Positions 35,354 through 45,152 of a stretch of 64,000 bases of DNA are shown here, one piece after another. The DNA is from an uncultured Gammaproteobacteria bacterium (lineage in GTDB: Bacteria > Patescibacteriota > Patescibacteriia > SG8-24), in NCBI GenBank assembly GCA_964491475.1, contig CAZBFO010000005.1:64841-128840 (forward strand), given 5' to 3'. Numbering within the stretch: position 1 is the stretch's first letter; each line of letters starts with the position of its first letter. A program made the position numbers and the translations under genes. The notes beneath the pieces were generated by a model. The model was not told the DNA's origin, ran no database searches, and saw only the letters and a program-made list of their open reading frames with translations.

Positions 35354-36766
35354 TCACTTAATCGTCTGGTTCACTTTGGTCGCGCCGACCTCGACGATCT
35401 TCTTGGCGTCGGCGTCGCCGGCGAGCATTTGGCGGATCATGTCTTGGAACGCCTTTTCGGTGGCGTCTTCATCGATACCATGATACCAGCTTTTTGCCAG
35501 CGGTGCTTGGGTGGCAAAAACGTTCATGTCGATGTCCTGAAGCTGCTGCGTGGCGAGGCTCTTGAGGGCTGCCGGCCTTCGGTATTTTGCCAAGAGCGTC
35601 TTGGCGTTGGCCTCTTTTGCCATGTACTGCACGAAATCCCACGCTTCGTTGGGGTTTTGGGTCTTGTTCGTAACCGCATTCACCCAGTAGTTGGGATAGT
35701 AGATGGGTTTGTTGCCGGCGATTTGAGGGAACGTGGTTACTCCGAAATTCAGTGTTGGGCTGGCGTGTCGAATCTGCGCCAGGTGGTAGGAATAGCCGAA
35801 GAAGTATGCGGTCTGTCCGGCCTCGAACGCCTGCAGGGAATTCGGCATCTTGTCGTTCCAGGTGTAGACCTCTTTCACGGGATTGGCGAAATCGGTGTAG
35901 AACACCAGCGCCTCGGCCGCCGGAGGCAACGGGCGGCCGGCGAGTTCTGGCGGATACTTGTCAAAAGTCACCGTGCCCGTGTCATCGGTCATTGCGGCGC
36001 CGTTCTGCATCATCAGGATGCCCAGGACGTCCACGCCGCGTTCGACGTTGTCTGCGGTACCCAGGGCGGTACCGGACTGTATGATGGTCCCGGTCTGGTC
36101 CAGGCGGGTGATTTTTTTGATTTGGTCCTGGAAGGTTTTCCAATCCGCGGCAGGTTGGGCAATGCCGGACTTGTTGAGGATGTCCCGGTTGTAATAGAGC
36201 GCCATCGTGTCGACGGAGATGGGCAGGCCGTAGATTTTCGGGACCAGCGGCATTTTGGGGTCGGCCTGCTCGGTCGGCAGCACGACATCCTGCGAAACGG
36301 CGTCGACGTAATCATTGGCAAGTTCCTTCAGGGTTGTTCCGGGGAACGTATGAATGACCGTGATCGCTTCCTTCTTGATCGTGCCTTGGATTTCCCTGAA
36401 AGCAAGGCTAAGCGTAGGGGGGACAGGGAGCAGCTCCGGCTGGAACCGCCGCAGCCAGGTCGACGGCAAGCTGACGATGTCCGGTCCTTGGTCCTCGGCC
36501 AGCGCGTTAAGCACCTTTTTCTCGTATTCGTCGGGGGTCAGCCGTTTGAAATCGAAGCTGACGTTGCGGTGGACCGACTGGTATGCGGTGAAGATGGGAT
36601 CCAAGGTCTCGGAATCGTCGTACACGCTCCAGAACTTGATCGTGACCGGCCGCATCGCCTCCGCTATCTTTTTGTCGGGAAACAGCTTGCAGCCGAATCC
36701 GCCGAGAATGAGGACTGCTGTCAGGCCCGCGAGAATCGAGAGCCGTCGGAAAGAGTTGGGGAGCAT
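35354..36766 (-). CDS. ABC transporter substrate-binding lipoprotein (SBP family 1, sugar-type)
   Basis: Signal MLPNSFRRLSILAGLTAVLILGGFGC; extracellular solute-binding fold; start at Met 36766, 6 nt after galU stop; upstream 142 codons of track ORF unsupported. Confidence 0.8.
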   Translation of the reverse strand: MLPNSFRRLSILAGLTAVLILGGFGCKLFPDKKIAEAMRPVTIKFWSVYDDSETLDPIFTAYQSVHRNVSFDFKRLTPDEYEKKVLNALAEDQGPDIVSLPSTWLRRFQPELLPVPPTLSLAFREIQGTIKKEAITVIHTFPGTTLKELANDYVDAVSQDVVLPTEQADPKMPLVPKIYGLPISVDTMALYYNRDILNKSGIAQPAADWKTFQDQIKKITRLDQTGTIIQSGTALGTADNVERGVDVLGILMMQNGAAMTDDTGTVTFDKYPPELAGRPLPPAAEALVFYTDFANPVKEVYTWNDKMPNSLQAFEAGQTAYFFGYSYHLAQIRHASPTLNFGVTTFPQIAGNKPIYYPNYWVNAVTNKTQNPNEAWDFVQYMAKEANAKTLLAKYRRPAALKSLATQQLQDIDMNVFATQAPLAKSWYHGIDEDATEKAFQDMIRQMLAGDADAKKIVEVGATKVNQTIK

Positions 36767-36771
36767 AGCGT

Positions 36772-37668
36772 TCAGCGTTTCTTGCGCGATTTGCCCGCGG
36801 TTGCGGACTTGAGGTAGCGAGTGAAGGCACCGTCTGCGTTTGCTTCGGAATGGCGTTGGGCGAAATGGACCGCGGCAATCATGAATTCCAGCTTGCTGCC
36901 GCAGTCGAAGCGGGTTCCCTCGACCACCTTTCCGTAGATGGGCTTGTCGTTGCCCAAGTGAGTGATGAAAGCGTCGGCCAGCCTGATCTCGCCGTCTTTG
37001 CCGGGCTTTTGCGTTTTGAGGAGGTGCAGGATTTCGGGCGTGACGACGTAGCGGCCGACAGCGGCGAAAGTGGAGGGAGCCTTGTCCGGACTGGGTTTTT
37101 CCACGAAGCCGTTCAGTTCCATGACGTGCTTGTCGATCTTCTTGCCGCCGGCGATGCCGTACTTGGAGACGTTCTTCTTGCCCACGTCGCACAGCGCGAT
37201 GACCGGATCGTGATAGCGCTCGTAGGTGGCGATCAGCTGCGACGTGACCGGAACCGGAGCGTCGAAGATGTCATCTCCGAACATCACCACCACCGGTTCG
37301 TCCGCGCCGATGAACGGCAGGGCGGAGAGGATGGCATGGCCGTCGCCCAGCGGCACCTGCTGCCTCACGAAGGCGAACTTGGCCAAGTCGGAGATTTTGA
37401 GGAGATCGGTCAGCTCTCTGGTCTTGCCCTTGGACTCGAGGCGCGCCTCGAGTTCGGCGTTGCGGTCAAAGTGGTCTTCGATGGCGCGCTTCTGCTGGCT
37501 CGTGACGAAGATGATTTCTTCTATGCCTGCGGCGACCGCTTCTTCGACCACGTACTGAATGGCGGGCTTGTCGACGATGGTCAGCATTTCCTTCGGCTGC
37601 GCTTTCGTTGCGGGGAGGAATCTGGTTCCAAGGCCGGCGACGGGGATGATGGCTTTTCGGATGTTCAT
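36772..37668 (-). CDS. galU: UTP--glucose-1-phosphate uridylyltransferase
   Basis: IIPVAGLGTRFLPATKAQPKEMLTIVDKP..., 298 aa, classic GalU. Confidence 0.9.
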   Translation of the reverse strand: MNIRKAIIPVAGLGTRFLPATKAQPKEMLTIVDKPAIQYVVEEAVAAGIEEIIFVTSQQKRAIEDHFDRNAELEARLESKGKTRELTDLLKISDLAKFAFVRQQVPLGDGHAILSALPFIGADEPVVVMFGDDIFDAPVPVTSQLIATYERYHDPVIALCDVGKKNVSKYGIAGGKKIDKHVMELNGFVEKPSPDKAPSTFAAVGRYVVTPEILHLLKTQKPGKDGEIRLADAFITHLGNDKPIYGKVVEGTRFDCGSKLEFMIAAVHFAQRHSEANADGAFTRYLKSATAGKSRKKR

Positions 37669-37721
37669 AGCCTCCCAAGTATACGGAATTTGCCGCGTTC
37701 CGAAAAGCCCAAATCCGCATT

Positions 37722-37754
37722 AAAAAGCGGTCCGATGGGTGCGGACCGCTTTTG
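37722..37754. terminator. bidirectional-type rho-independent terminator between SBP2 and galU
   Basis: aaaaa-gcggtccg-atgggtg-cggaccgc-ttttgctcgttttg. Confidence 0.6.
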
Positions 37755-37768
37755 CTCGTTTTGCGGTT

Positions 37769-39220
37769 TTAGCGGAACAGGATGGTCTGGTTTACCGCAT
37801 TCACCGCATTGCTGACGATGGGCAGGTATTCCGGATGCTGGTAAGTCGGGTACGTTTCGATCATCTGGGTGAAGGCCGCTTCGACCTTGCCGTAATCGCT
37901 GCCTCTGTACCAGCTTCTTGCCGTCAGCACTTGGCCGGCGAAGGGGGCTACGTCCGCATCGTTGAGCTGGCTGCCGATGAGGGCGCGCAAGGCGGTCGGG
38001 CGCTTGGTGGCGGTAAGGAACGGTTGCACCTGGTCTTGGCCGGCGATGAACTGCAGGAAGTCCCAGGCCTCATCCGGATGGGCGGTCTTTTTGGAGACCA
38101 CCTCTGCCTGGTAATGCAGGACATTCGCGGGGCTGCCGGTGTCGATCTGCGGGAGCGGGGCTACGCCGAAATCGATCTTGGAGCCGCGTTCGCGGATGGT
38201 GGCCGTGTCGTTCGGATAGCCGAAGTAGAATGCCGTCTTGCCAGCAATGAAGGCGTCGAGCGACTGCGGCATTTGCGCGTTCCAGGAGTAATTGGGGGAG
38301 CCTGGGATGGCAAAACTCTGATAGAAAATCAGCGCTTCCACGCCGGGGGGATTCATCTTCTCCTGGGTGGCCGGGGTGTAGTTGGCAAAGTACGCGTAGC
38401 CGTTCTCGTCGGACATGTTCGCGCCGTTCTGCATCATCAGCGCGGACAAGATGTCGACGTTATTCATCACGTTTTTTCCGAGTCCGAGGGCCGCGCCGGA
38501 CTGCTTGATGGTCTTTGGCGCGTCGTTGGCGAAGTTTTGCACGGGAGCGTTGCTGTTGGTCGGCGCGGATGCCGGCGTGTCGAAGATGGTCAGCTTGACG
38601 GCATCGTCCTGCAGGTCTTGCCAGGTGATGGGGGGATTCTCGATGTTGCCGCGCTTGAGCATGTCGCGGTTGTAGAACAGGGCCAGGGTGTCGGCCGAAA
38701 GAGGCAAGCCGATGATTTGCGGGACCGGCGCCGCCCCCGGCTTCTCGACGAATTGGGTGATCAGGTCCTTGGTGACGCCCTCGACATAGCGGTTGGTGAA
38801 GTCCAAGACGCTCATCGTCGGCTGTTTTTGCTTGACGGTCACGACCTGCTGCTTGGCGTTGACCTGCTGCGTGAGCACGGTGGTTTCCTTGGGCATTGCC
38901 AGCAATTTCGGCTTCCATTCGCCCAACCAGACGTTGGGGACGCTGAAGAGGTCCGGCCCCTTGTTCTGCGCGAACGCTTCGAGAAGAGTGCGGTCGTAGT
39001 CCTGTTCGCGCTGGGTGGTGATCTCGATGTTCACGTTCGGGTGCAGCTTTTTGTAAGCGGCAATGGCGGTATCGAGGGAGGAGGGGTCGTCCTGTATGCG
39101 CCAGTACTGCAGCGTGACGGGTTTAGGAGGAGCAGACGAGCCGCCGGCAACCGAGCAACCGGCTCCGACGAGCAGCAACGAGGCAATAAATGCGGCGGGA
39201 AGAAATTTCCTCATAATCAT
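37769..39220 (-). CDS. ABC transporter substrate-binding lipoprotein (SBP family 1), second paralog
   Basis: Signal MIMRKFLPAAFIASLLLVGAGC; ~35% identical in layout to 35354..36766 (GLPISVDT/GLPLSADT, YFFGY/YFGY blocks). Confidence 0.8.
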   Translation of the reverse strand: MIMRKFLPAAFIASLLLVGAGCSVAGGSSAPPKPVTLQYWRIQDDPSSLDTAIAAYKKLHPNVNIEITTQREQDYDRTLLEAFAQNKGPDLFSVPNVWLGEWKPKLLAMPKETTVLTQQVNAKQQVVTVKQKQPTMSVLDFTNRYVEGVTKDLITQFVEKPGAAPVPQIIGLPLSADTLALFYNRDMLKRGNIENPPITWQDLQDDAVKLTIFDTPASAPTNSNAPVQNFANDAPKTIKQSGAALGLGKNVMNNVDILSALMMQNGANMSDENGYAYFANYTPATQEKMNPPGVEALIFYQSFAIPGSPNYSWNAQMPQSLDAFIAGKTAFYFGYPNDTATIRERGSKIDFGVAPLPQIDTGSPANVLHYQAEVVSKKTAHPDEAWDFLQFIAGQDQVQPFLTATKRPTALRALIGSQLNDADVAPFAGQVLTARSWYRGSDYGKVEAAFTQMIETYPTYQHPEYLPIVSNAVNAVNQTILFR

Positions 39221-39305
39221 GGGGTGAATGGTGCAAGTATAGCACAATGCAACCGACCGTGTTACGTTTCTTGCCATGAAAGACTTTTATACGTGGTGGA
39301 ACGAG

Positions 39306-40574
39306 ATGGCCAATGCCGCGCGCGTGGGCTGGTTTTTGGCGTTCCGGCAGATTCGCCGGTCGAGCCCCTGGACCACGGGCCTGATCGTTTTCATCATGAC
39401 GCTGACCTTCCTGAACTTGGTGGTCGCGTCCGGATTGCTGCAGGGCCTGATGGTCGGTTCGTTCGACCAGTTCCGCAAGAGCTACTCCGGCGAGATCATC
39501 ATCACTTCGGCGCCCGGCCGCGACTACATCGAGCACTCGCAGGCGTTGGCGGACTTCCTTCGCAACGATCCGGACGTTTTGGCTTTCTCCGCCCGCAACT
39601 CGGTCGGCGCATCGATGCTGGGCACGCTCAACGACTTGCCCAAGAAGAACGAACAGAAAAACCTCATGAGCGCCCTGCTCGTGGGGTATGATCCCGATGC
39701 CGAGGAAGCCGTGACCGGCTTTTCCAAGTTGGTGACCGTCGGCCAGCCGCTGCGCGAGGGCGACGAAGGCTACGTGCTGATCGGCAGCACGCTCATCAAG
39801 AAGTACTCGTCGTTCGCGGACGCCAACATTCCGGGACTGAACCTTCTCAAGGACGTGGACGTCGGCAGCCGAGTGCGCATTTCCATTCCGCGCAAGGACG
39901 GCGATCCCGTGACCAAGGATTTCGTCATCCGCGGAGTCATCAAGAGCAAGGTGGACCAGGTGTCGCAGCGCTTCTTCATCACCGACGCCGAGCTGCGCCG
40001 CCTGCTGCCGATCAACAAGGAGGAGTTCACCGAGGTCGCCATCCGTACCGAGCCGGCAAAGGCCGCCGCGGTTTCGGAGGACATCAAGCGCTTCATGGAG
40101 GGCTATGCCGTGCGCATACAGACTTCAGGCGAGGCCATCCCGTCGTTCCTGCGCGACATCGAGACCACCATGAAGGTGCTGGGCAACGCGCTTTCTTCCA
40201 TCGCCCTGGTGGTGGCGAGCATCACCGTGTTCATCGTCATCTACATCAACGCGGTCACCAAGCGCAAGTTCATCGGCATCATGAAGGGCATCGGCATCAG
40301 CCCGGTGGCGGTGCAGTTTTCCTACGTTTTTCAGGCTATTTTCTACGGTTTCGCCGGCACCTCGGTGGGCGTGCTGCTGACTTTCGGGCTGTTGCGTCCG
40401 TTCTTCGACGCGCATCCGATCGACTTCCCGTTCTCCGACGGCATCCTGGTCGCCACCGCGGCCGGCGCTTCGGTGCGCGGCGGCATCCTGATGATCGTGA
40501 CGCTGCTGGCCGGCTACATTCCGGCCACCATCATCGCGCGCAAGAACACCCTCGACTCCATCCTGGGCCGCTGA
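39306..40574 (+). CDS. FtsX-like ABC transporter permease (MacB/LolC type)
   Basis: 4 TM with large periplasmic loop between TM1 and TM2; start at Met 39306 (RRSSPW TM1 context). Confidence 0.8.
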   Translation: MANAARVGWFLAFRQIRRSSPWTTGLIVFIMTLTFLNLVVASGLLQGLMVGSFDQFRKSYSGEIIITSAPGRDYIEHSQALADFLRNDPDVLAFSARNSVGASMLGTLNDLPKKNEQKNLMSALLVGYDPDAEEAVTGFSKLVTVGQPLREGDEGYVLIGSTLIKKYSSFADANIPGLNLLKDVDVGSRVRISIPRKDGDPVTKDFVIRGVIKSKVDQVSQRFFITDAELRRLLPINKEEFTEVAIRTEPAKAAAVSEDIKRFMEGYAVRIQTSGEAIPSFLRDIETTMKVLGNALSSIALVVASITVFIVIYINAVTKRKFIGIMKGIGISPVAVQFSYVFQAIFYGFAGTSVGVLLTFGLLRPFFDAHPIDFPFSDGILVATAAGASVRGGILMIVTLLAGYIPATIIARKNTLDSILGR

Positions 40575-40578
40575 CGGT

Positions 40579-41253
40579 ATGATCAAGACTTCCAACCTGG
40601 TAAAAAAATACGGCGAGGGCGAGTTGGAGACCGTGGTGCTCAAGGGCATCGACATCGAGATTCCCAACGGCGATTTCGTGTCCATCGTCGGCCCGTCGGG
40701 TGCGGGCAAGTCGACCCTGCTCTATCAGATGTCGCTGCTCGACGATCCGTCGTCCGGCGAAATCTTCTTTGAAGGCGCGCCCGCCTCCGCGCTGAATCAG
40801 GTGCAGAAGACCGCCCTTCGCCTGGCGCATCTCGGCTACGTCTTTCAGGATTACGCGCTGCTGCCGGAACTGACTGCGGCGGAGAACGTGGCGCTGCCCA
40901 TGCTGATGCAGGGGCTCACCAAGAGGCAGGCGCTGGAGCGCGCCGTCGTCGCGCTGGAGCGCATCGGCCTTCGGGAAAAGACGCGCAACTTGCCGAGCCA
41001 GCTTTCCGGCGGCCAGCAGCAGCGGGTGTCGATCGCGCGTTCCATCGCGCACGGTCCCAAGATACTGTTCGCCGACGAGCCCACCGCCAACCTCGACTCC
41101 GAGAATTCCCGCATGGTCATGGACACTTTCATGAAACTGCACGAGGAAGGGCAGACCATCGTGCTGGTCACGCACGAGCAGGAGTACGCCCGGCAGACGC
41201 GCCGCATCATCTCGATGCGCGACGGCACCGTCGTGGACGACTTGAAGGTATAG
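40579..41253 (+). CDS. ABC transporter ATP-binding protein (MacB/LolD type)
   Basis: Walker [10 protein letters not shown], signature [13 protein letters not shown], Walker [10 protein letters not shown]-loop VTHE. Confidence 0.9.
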   Translation: MIKTSNLVKKYGEGELETVVLKGIDIEIPNGDFVSIVGPSGAGKSTLLYQMSLLDDPSSGEIFFEGAPASALNQVQKTALRLAHLGYVFQDYALLPELTAAENVALPMLMQGLTKRQALERAVVALERIGLREKTRNLPSQLSGGQQQRVSIARSIAHGPKILFADEPTANLDSENSRMVMDTFMKLHEEGQTIVLVTHEQEYARQTRRIISMRDGTVVDDLKV

Positions 41254-41320
41254 ACCGACTCGCCTCGACGTGCTAACGTCGTTTCTGCGCGAAAACGAAG
41301 AAGTTTGAAGGGAAACCAAG

Positions 41321-42001
41321 ATGACCTTACGCATCGCACATCGGGGAGCGCCGCATTTTGCGCCGGAGAACTCGCTTCAGGGTTTTCAGAAGGCGCTGAC
41401 GTTCTCCCCGGACATCGTCGAAATGGACCTTCGCCTCACCCGCGACGGCCATGTCGTGGTGATTCACGACAAGACCGTCAACCGCATGACCGACGGCAGG
41501 GGCCGGGTCGACAAGATGACGCTCGAAAGGCTGCGCGGCTTCAAGCTGGACAACGGCGAGCCGATTCCGACATTTTCCGAGGCGTTGGAGCTGCTTCACG
41601 GCCGCGGCGTCGAGATCAAGCTCGACGTGAAACAGCCGAAGATGGAGCAAATCGTGGTGCGCGCGCTGCGTCGCATGGGCATCCTCCGTAACGCCATAGT
41701 CATCGCGTACGGCCGCAAGTCGCTGCTGGCCTTCAAGCGCGAGGGCGGTCCGTCGCTGCGCACGGAGGTGGGCGGCATCTACGCCCGCCATCGCCGGCTT
41801 CAGGCGATCGCGACGGCCACGCGCACCGGCGCCGGCATCATCTCGATTCGGCACACGCTGGTGAACGCCAAGTTCGTCGCAAAGTGCAAGAAGAAAGGCA
41901 TCGCCATCCACGCTTGGACGGTCAACACCAAGAAGGACGCCGAACGGATGCGGGCGCTGGGCGTCGAAGCCGTCGCCACCGACCGCCTGGACATCGTCTG
42001 A
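41321..42001 (+). CDS. glycerophosphodiester phosphodiesterase family protein
   Basis: [14 protein letters not shown] and [21 protein letters not shown] motifs. Confidence 0.85.
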   Translation: MTLRIAHRGAPHFAPENSLQGFQKALTFSPDIVEMDLRLTRDGHVVVIHDKTVNRMTDGRGRVDKMTLERLRGFKLDNGEPIPTFSEALELLHGRGVEIKLDVKQPKMEQIVVRALRRMGILRNAIVIAYGRKSLLAFKREGGPSLRTEVGGIYARHRRLQAIATATRTGAGIISIRHTLVNAKFVAKCKKKGIAIHAWTVNTKKDAERMRALGVEAVATDRLDIV

Positions 42002-42003
42002 AC

Positions 42004-42034
42004 GCGGCCCCGACACAGGGCCGCTTTTCTGTTT
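42004..42034 (+). terminator. rho-independent terminator
   Basis: gcggccc-cgacaca-gggccgc followed by TTTTCTGTTT. Confidence 0.7.
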
Positions 42035-42043
42035 CCGCGCACG

Positions 42044-42066
42044 TAAAAACGCCAGGCGGGCTGGCG
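42044..42066 (-). terminator. terminator after tRNA-Ser
   Basis: Minus strand: cgccag-cccgc-ctggcg followed by TTTTTAC immediately 3' of tRNA. Confidence 0.5.
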
Positions 42067-42156
42067 TTCTTGCGATGGCGGAGAGGGTGGGAGTCGAACC
42101 CACGTTACCCTTGCGGGTAAATCAGATTTCGAGTCTGACGCGTTCGACCACTCTGC
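42067..42156 (-). tRNA. tRNA-Ser (anticodon CGA)
   Basis: GGAGAGG acceptor, anticodon loop CTCGAAA, long variable arm, GGTTCGACTCCCACC T-arm, CCA encoded; 90 nt. Confidence 0.85.
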
Positions 42157-42233
42157 CACCTCTCCAGGCGATCCCGTGGTCTAGGATTGCTAGAAGTTAG
42201 CACGGACTTTTTTTTGCGTAAAGACCCCGGCCA

Positions 42234-43568
42234 TCAGGTAATCCAAGGCGAAGTCGGCTCTCCCGTGAACATCGCCTTGGCCTTGTCGAGCAGCGTCGGG
42301 CGGGCGGCGGCCTGCACGCTCTCGGTGATGCCGACGATGATCCAGAAAAGGAAGGCCAGGTCGTTCTTGAAGTAGGGAACGTCGACGAGGCCGTGCACCA
42401 GCACCGTGACCATCACGGCGGCATTGGCGGCTACGATCCAGCTCCGGTCACGCAGCTTCCATGACCTTCGGAAGAAACGGACGATGATCCAGAGGAAGGC
42501 GATGAGCCCGAGTATGCCGGTCTCGCTCCAGAAGTTCAGGATGACGTCGTGAGGATACTGGAAGATTTCGATCCAGGCGTGGGTGTGATACGGCGCGATG
42601 CGGCCCGGATAGCCGGACATGCCGGCGCCGAAAACGGGATTGTCCTTGAGCATGCCGGCAGTTTCGTTCCAGATGATGCCGCGCACCGAGGTGGAGTCGT
42701 CGCGGAAACCGACGATGCCGGCGAAGTAGTCGGTGGCGGGCGTGAACAGCATCACCACGGAACAGGCGGCAATGAGCGCGCCGAGCGACCATGCGCGCAG
42801 CTGCCTGTCGAACAGCCCCAGCGCGAGGATGCCGGCGGCGATGCCGATCATGCCGCCTTCGGAGACCGCAAAAACCACTGCAATCGCGCCCAACGTCGCT
42901 GCGGCCGCTGGCAGCGCCGCGAGCAGGCGATGCTTGAGCCGCTTGGCGCGGAGCAATGTCAGCGTCCAGCCGGCCATCAGGGTGACGATCGGGGCGCAAA
43001 GCAGGGCGATGGCGTTAGGAAAGCCGAAGAAGCTGGTGGTCCGTCGCGTGGCGGCCGCGGCCCAAATCGGATTCGGAATGCCGAAGCCGGTGAACTTTTG
43101 GTAGATGGCGGAGATGCCGATGACGGCGACGCAGGTGCCGAGGGCCTCGAGAATCCAGATGCCTTTTTTTGCCCGGGCGACGGTATGCACGAACAACGGG
43201 AAGAACAGCATCGGTTCCACGACGTACGCGCGCCACAGGCCGAATCCCGCCCGCAAGTCGGCCGACACGAGCACGCCGACAGTCGCTCCCGCAAAAAGCA
43301 GCGCTAAGGGGCCGGCCCATTCTTCCCACGCCTCCCAGGGGCCGTGCTCGAGCGTGTTTGAGGCGTCCATGAAGTACCATGCCGCGAACAGCTCCCAAAA
43401 GAAGACTTCGAGAAGGGTGGAGGGGAGCGCGCCGATGCCGAACGGCAGCACCAGCCTGATCAGATAGACCGGCAGCAGACCGCAAAATGCGGCCAGCGCG
43501 GCTTCGCGTCGCCAGACGGCGAGCGCCAGGAACAGCATTGCGAGGATGGCGGCAGGAACTAAGGGCAT
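42234..43568 (-). CDS. O-antigen ligase (Wzy_C) family membrane protein
   Basis: 12 TM; loop with GIIWNETAGMLKDNPVFGAGMSGY...YHTHAWIEIFQYPHDVILNFWSETG characteristic. Confidence 0.8.
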   Translation of the reverse strand: MPLVPAAILAMLFLALAVWRREAALAAFCGLLPVYLIRLVLPFGIGALPSTLLEVFFWELFAAWYFMDASNTLEHGPWEAWEEWAGPLALLFAGATVGVLVSADLRAGFGLWRAYVVEPMLFFPLFVHTVARAKKGIWILEALGTCVAVIGISAIYQKFTGFGIPNPIWAAAATRRTTSFFGFPNAIALLCAPIVTLMAGWTLTLLRAKRLKHRLLAALPAAAATLGAIAVVFAVSEGGMIGIAAGILALGLFDRQLRAWSLGALIAACSVVMLFTPATDYFAGIVGFRDDSTSVRGIIWNETAGMLKDNPVFGAGMSGYPGRIAPYHTHAWIEIFQYPHDVILNFWSETGILGLIAFLWIIVRFFRRSWKLRDRSWIVAANAAVMVTVLVHGLVDVPYFKNDLAFLFWIIVGITESVQAAARPTLLDKAKAMFTGEPTSPWIT

Positions 43569-43578
43569 AAGGCTGGCA

Positions 43579-45003
43579 TTATTGCGTTGCAGTCTTCTTG
43601 AAGGCAGCCAGCGTTTCTTTGGTGACGGCGCCGAGGGCGAACAGCAGCACCATGTAGACTGTGGCGCCCAGCGCCACGCGCACCAGCACGTTTAACGGCT
43701 GCGCCAGCCAGACCGCGACGGCCATTACGGCACTCGCCAGCAGCGCTTTGGCAAAAACGCCGAATTTCGGCAGCTGCCGCAGCTTGGCGAGCACGGCCGC
43801 GGCAGTGATGAACGCGATGAAGCATTCGGAGAACACCGTCACCCATGCCGCGCCCGTCGCGCCGTAACGGGGAATGGCATAGGCGTAGAGGGCCAGCGAC
43901 AGCGCGGCGTCGACGGCATAAGCGGCGATCATCTTTTTCTGCAGTCCCATTGCCACCACCGAGTAACCGAACAAAGCGCTCCAGAACACGGCCGCACCCG
44001 CAATCATCAGGATGCCGAGGTACAGGCCGGAATCGGCGAAGCGTTCGCCGGCAACGAAGCCCATCAGGTCGCCGGCCACCACGTACGTACCGAACGCCAG
44101 CGGCAGCGCCATCAGCGTCAGCGCATCGAACGCCTTGCCCAATTTACGGGCGAACTCTTCGCGAGAGCCGCTCGTCCAGGCTCGCGCCAGAATCGGCAGC
44201 ATCAGGCCCATGAAAATGGTGGGTACCACCGTGACGACGTCGAGCACCTTGTAGGCGGCGCCGTACAGGCCGACTTCGGACTGCGGGCGGAAAATCGACA
44301 GGATGATGACGTCGCCTTTCAGGTAGATGAGGTTGAAGGCGATCGAAAGGCCGATGGGCCACGATTCCCTGATGATGGTTCGCCACATCTTGCGGTCGAA
44401 TGCCAGCTCGAGCCGCGTGATCTTGCGGGCATAGGAGAAGGAGACGCCGAGCTGCACCATGTTGCCGGCGACCAGCGAGGCGATGACCGGCAGAAGCCCC
44501 GCACCGGTGGCAGCCGCGGCCACGACGCCCGCGAGCAGCGTGAGACGTCCGCAGACGTCGGCCAGCGCGGTCTTGTTGGTAGAAAGGTGCTTTTGGAAGA
44601 TGCCGGTGAGCACCTGCGAAGTGGTCATCGCGTAGAACGAGAGCGCGCCGATGGCGATGGCCGTCTTGACCAGCGGGGCGTAGGGGAAGAGCAGCGCGAC
44701 GATCGGCGCCAGCCCGAAGAACGCGGCGCCTGACACCAGCCGCAGCGTCAGCACGTTCGACGCGACGGCGCTCTCGTCGTGACGGTCGTCGGAAATCATC
44801 CTGGTCATGGTCAGCGTCAGTCCGAAGTCCACCAGGATGCCGAAGAACTGCAGGAAGGACACGGCGGTCGTGAAGGCGCCGTAGCCGTCGCGGTCCAGGC
44901 TGCGAGTCATTACGGCGATGGTGACTACGCCAAGCAGATTGCCGACGAATCTGCCGGCAATCTGGACGATCGTGTTGCTCGCGATGGCTCGTGCTTGCGA
45001 CAT
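43579..45003 (-). CDS. oligosaccharide flippase (Wzx/MOP superfamily)
   Basis: 14 predicted TM helices, polysaccharide biosynthesis protein-type N-terminus; 474 aa; 10 nt upstream of ligase gene. Confidence 0.8.
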   Translation of the reverse strand: MSQARAIASNTIVQIAGRFVGNLLGVVTIAVMTRSLDRDGYGAFTTAVSFLQFFGILVDFGLTLTMTRMISDDRHDESAVASNVLTLRLVSGAAFFGLAPIVALLFPYAPLVKTAIAIGALSFYAMTTSQVLTGIFQKHLSTNKTALADVCGRLTLLAGVVAAAATGAGLLPVIASLVAGNMVQLGVSFSYARKITRLELAFDRKMWRTIIRESWPIGLSIAFNLIYLKGDVIILSIFRPQSEVGLYGAAYKVLDVVTVVPTIFMGLMLPILARAWTSGSREEFARKLGKAFDALTLMALPLAFGTYVVAGDLMGFVAGERFADSGLYLGILMIAGAAVFWSALFGYSVVAMGLQKKMIAAYAVDAALSLALYAYAIPRYGATGAAWVTVFSECFIAFITAAAVLAKLRQLPKFGVFAKALLASAVMAVAVWLAQPLNVLVRVALGATVYMVLLFALGAVTKETLAAFKKTATQ

Positions 45004-45081
45004 GCCTGGATGATGCGTAACGAGGCGCAGATTCGCCGCAGGTTATCAACAGTATAGCACGTTACTCCGCAGAAACGCCGA

Positions 45082-45110
45082 TTGACAATGGTCATTTTTT
45101 GACGGAAAAT
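45082..45110 (+). promoter_or_regulatory. promoter related to the conserved module (TTGACAatGGTCATTTTttgacgGAAAAT)
   Basis: TTGACA-17 nt-GAAAAT; spacer shares GGTCATTTT with copy A; followed by ttggctaag. Confidence 0.35.
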
Positions 45111-45152
45111 TGGCTAAGAATTCCCATGCCTGTCACCAATCAAAAACAGAAG

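Noticed and set aside
37739-39691. 650-aa + strand ORF
   Set aside because: Antisense to the second substrate-binding lipoprotein gene.
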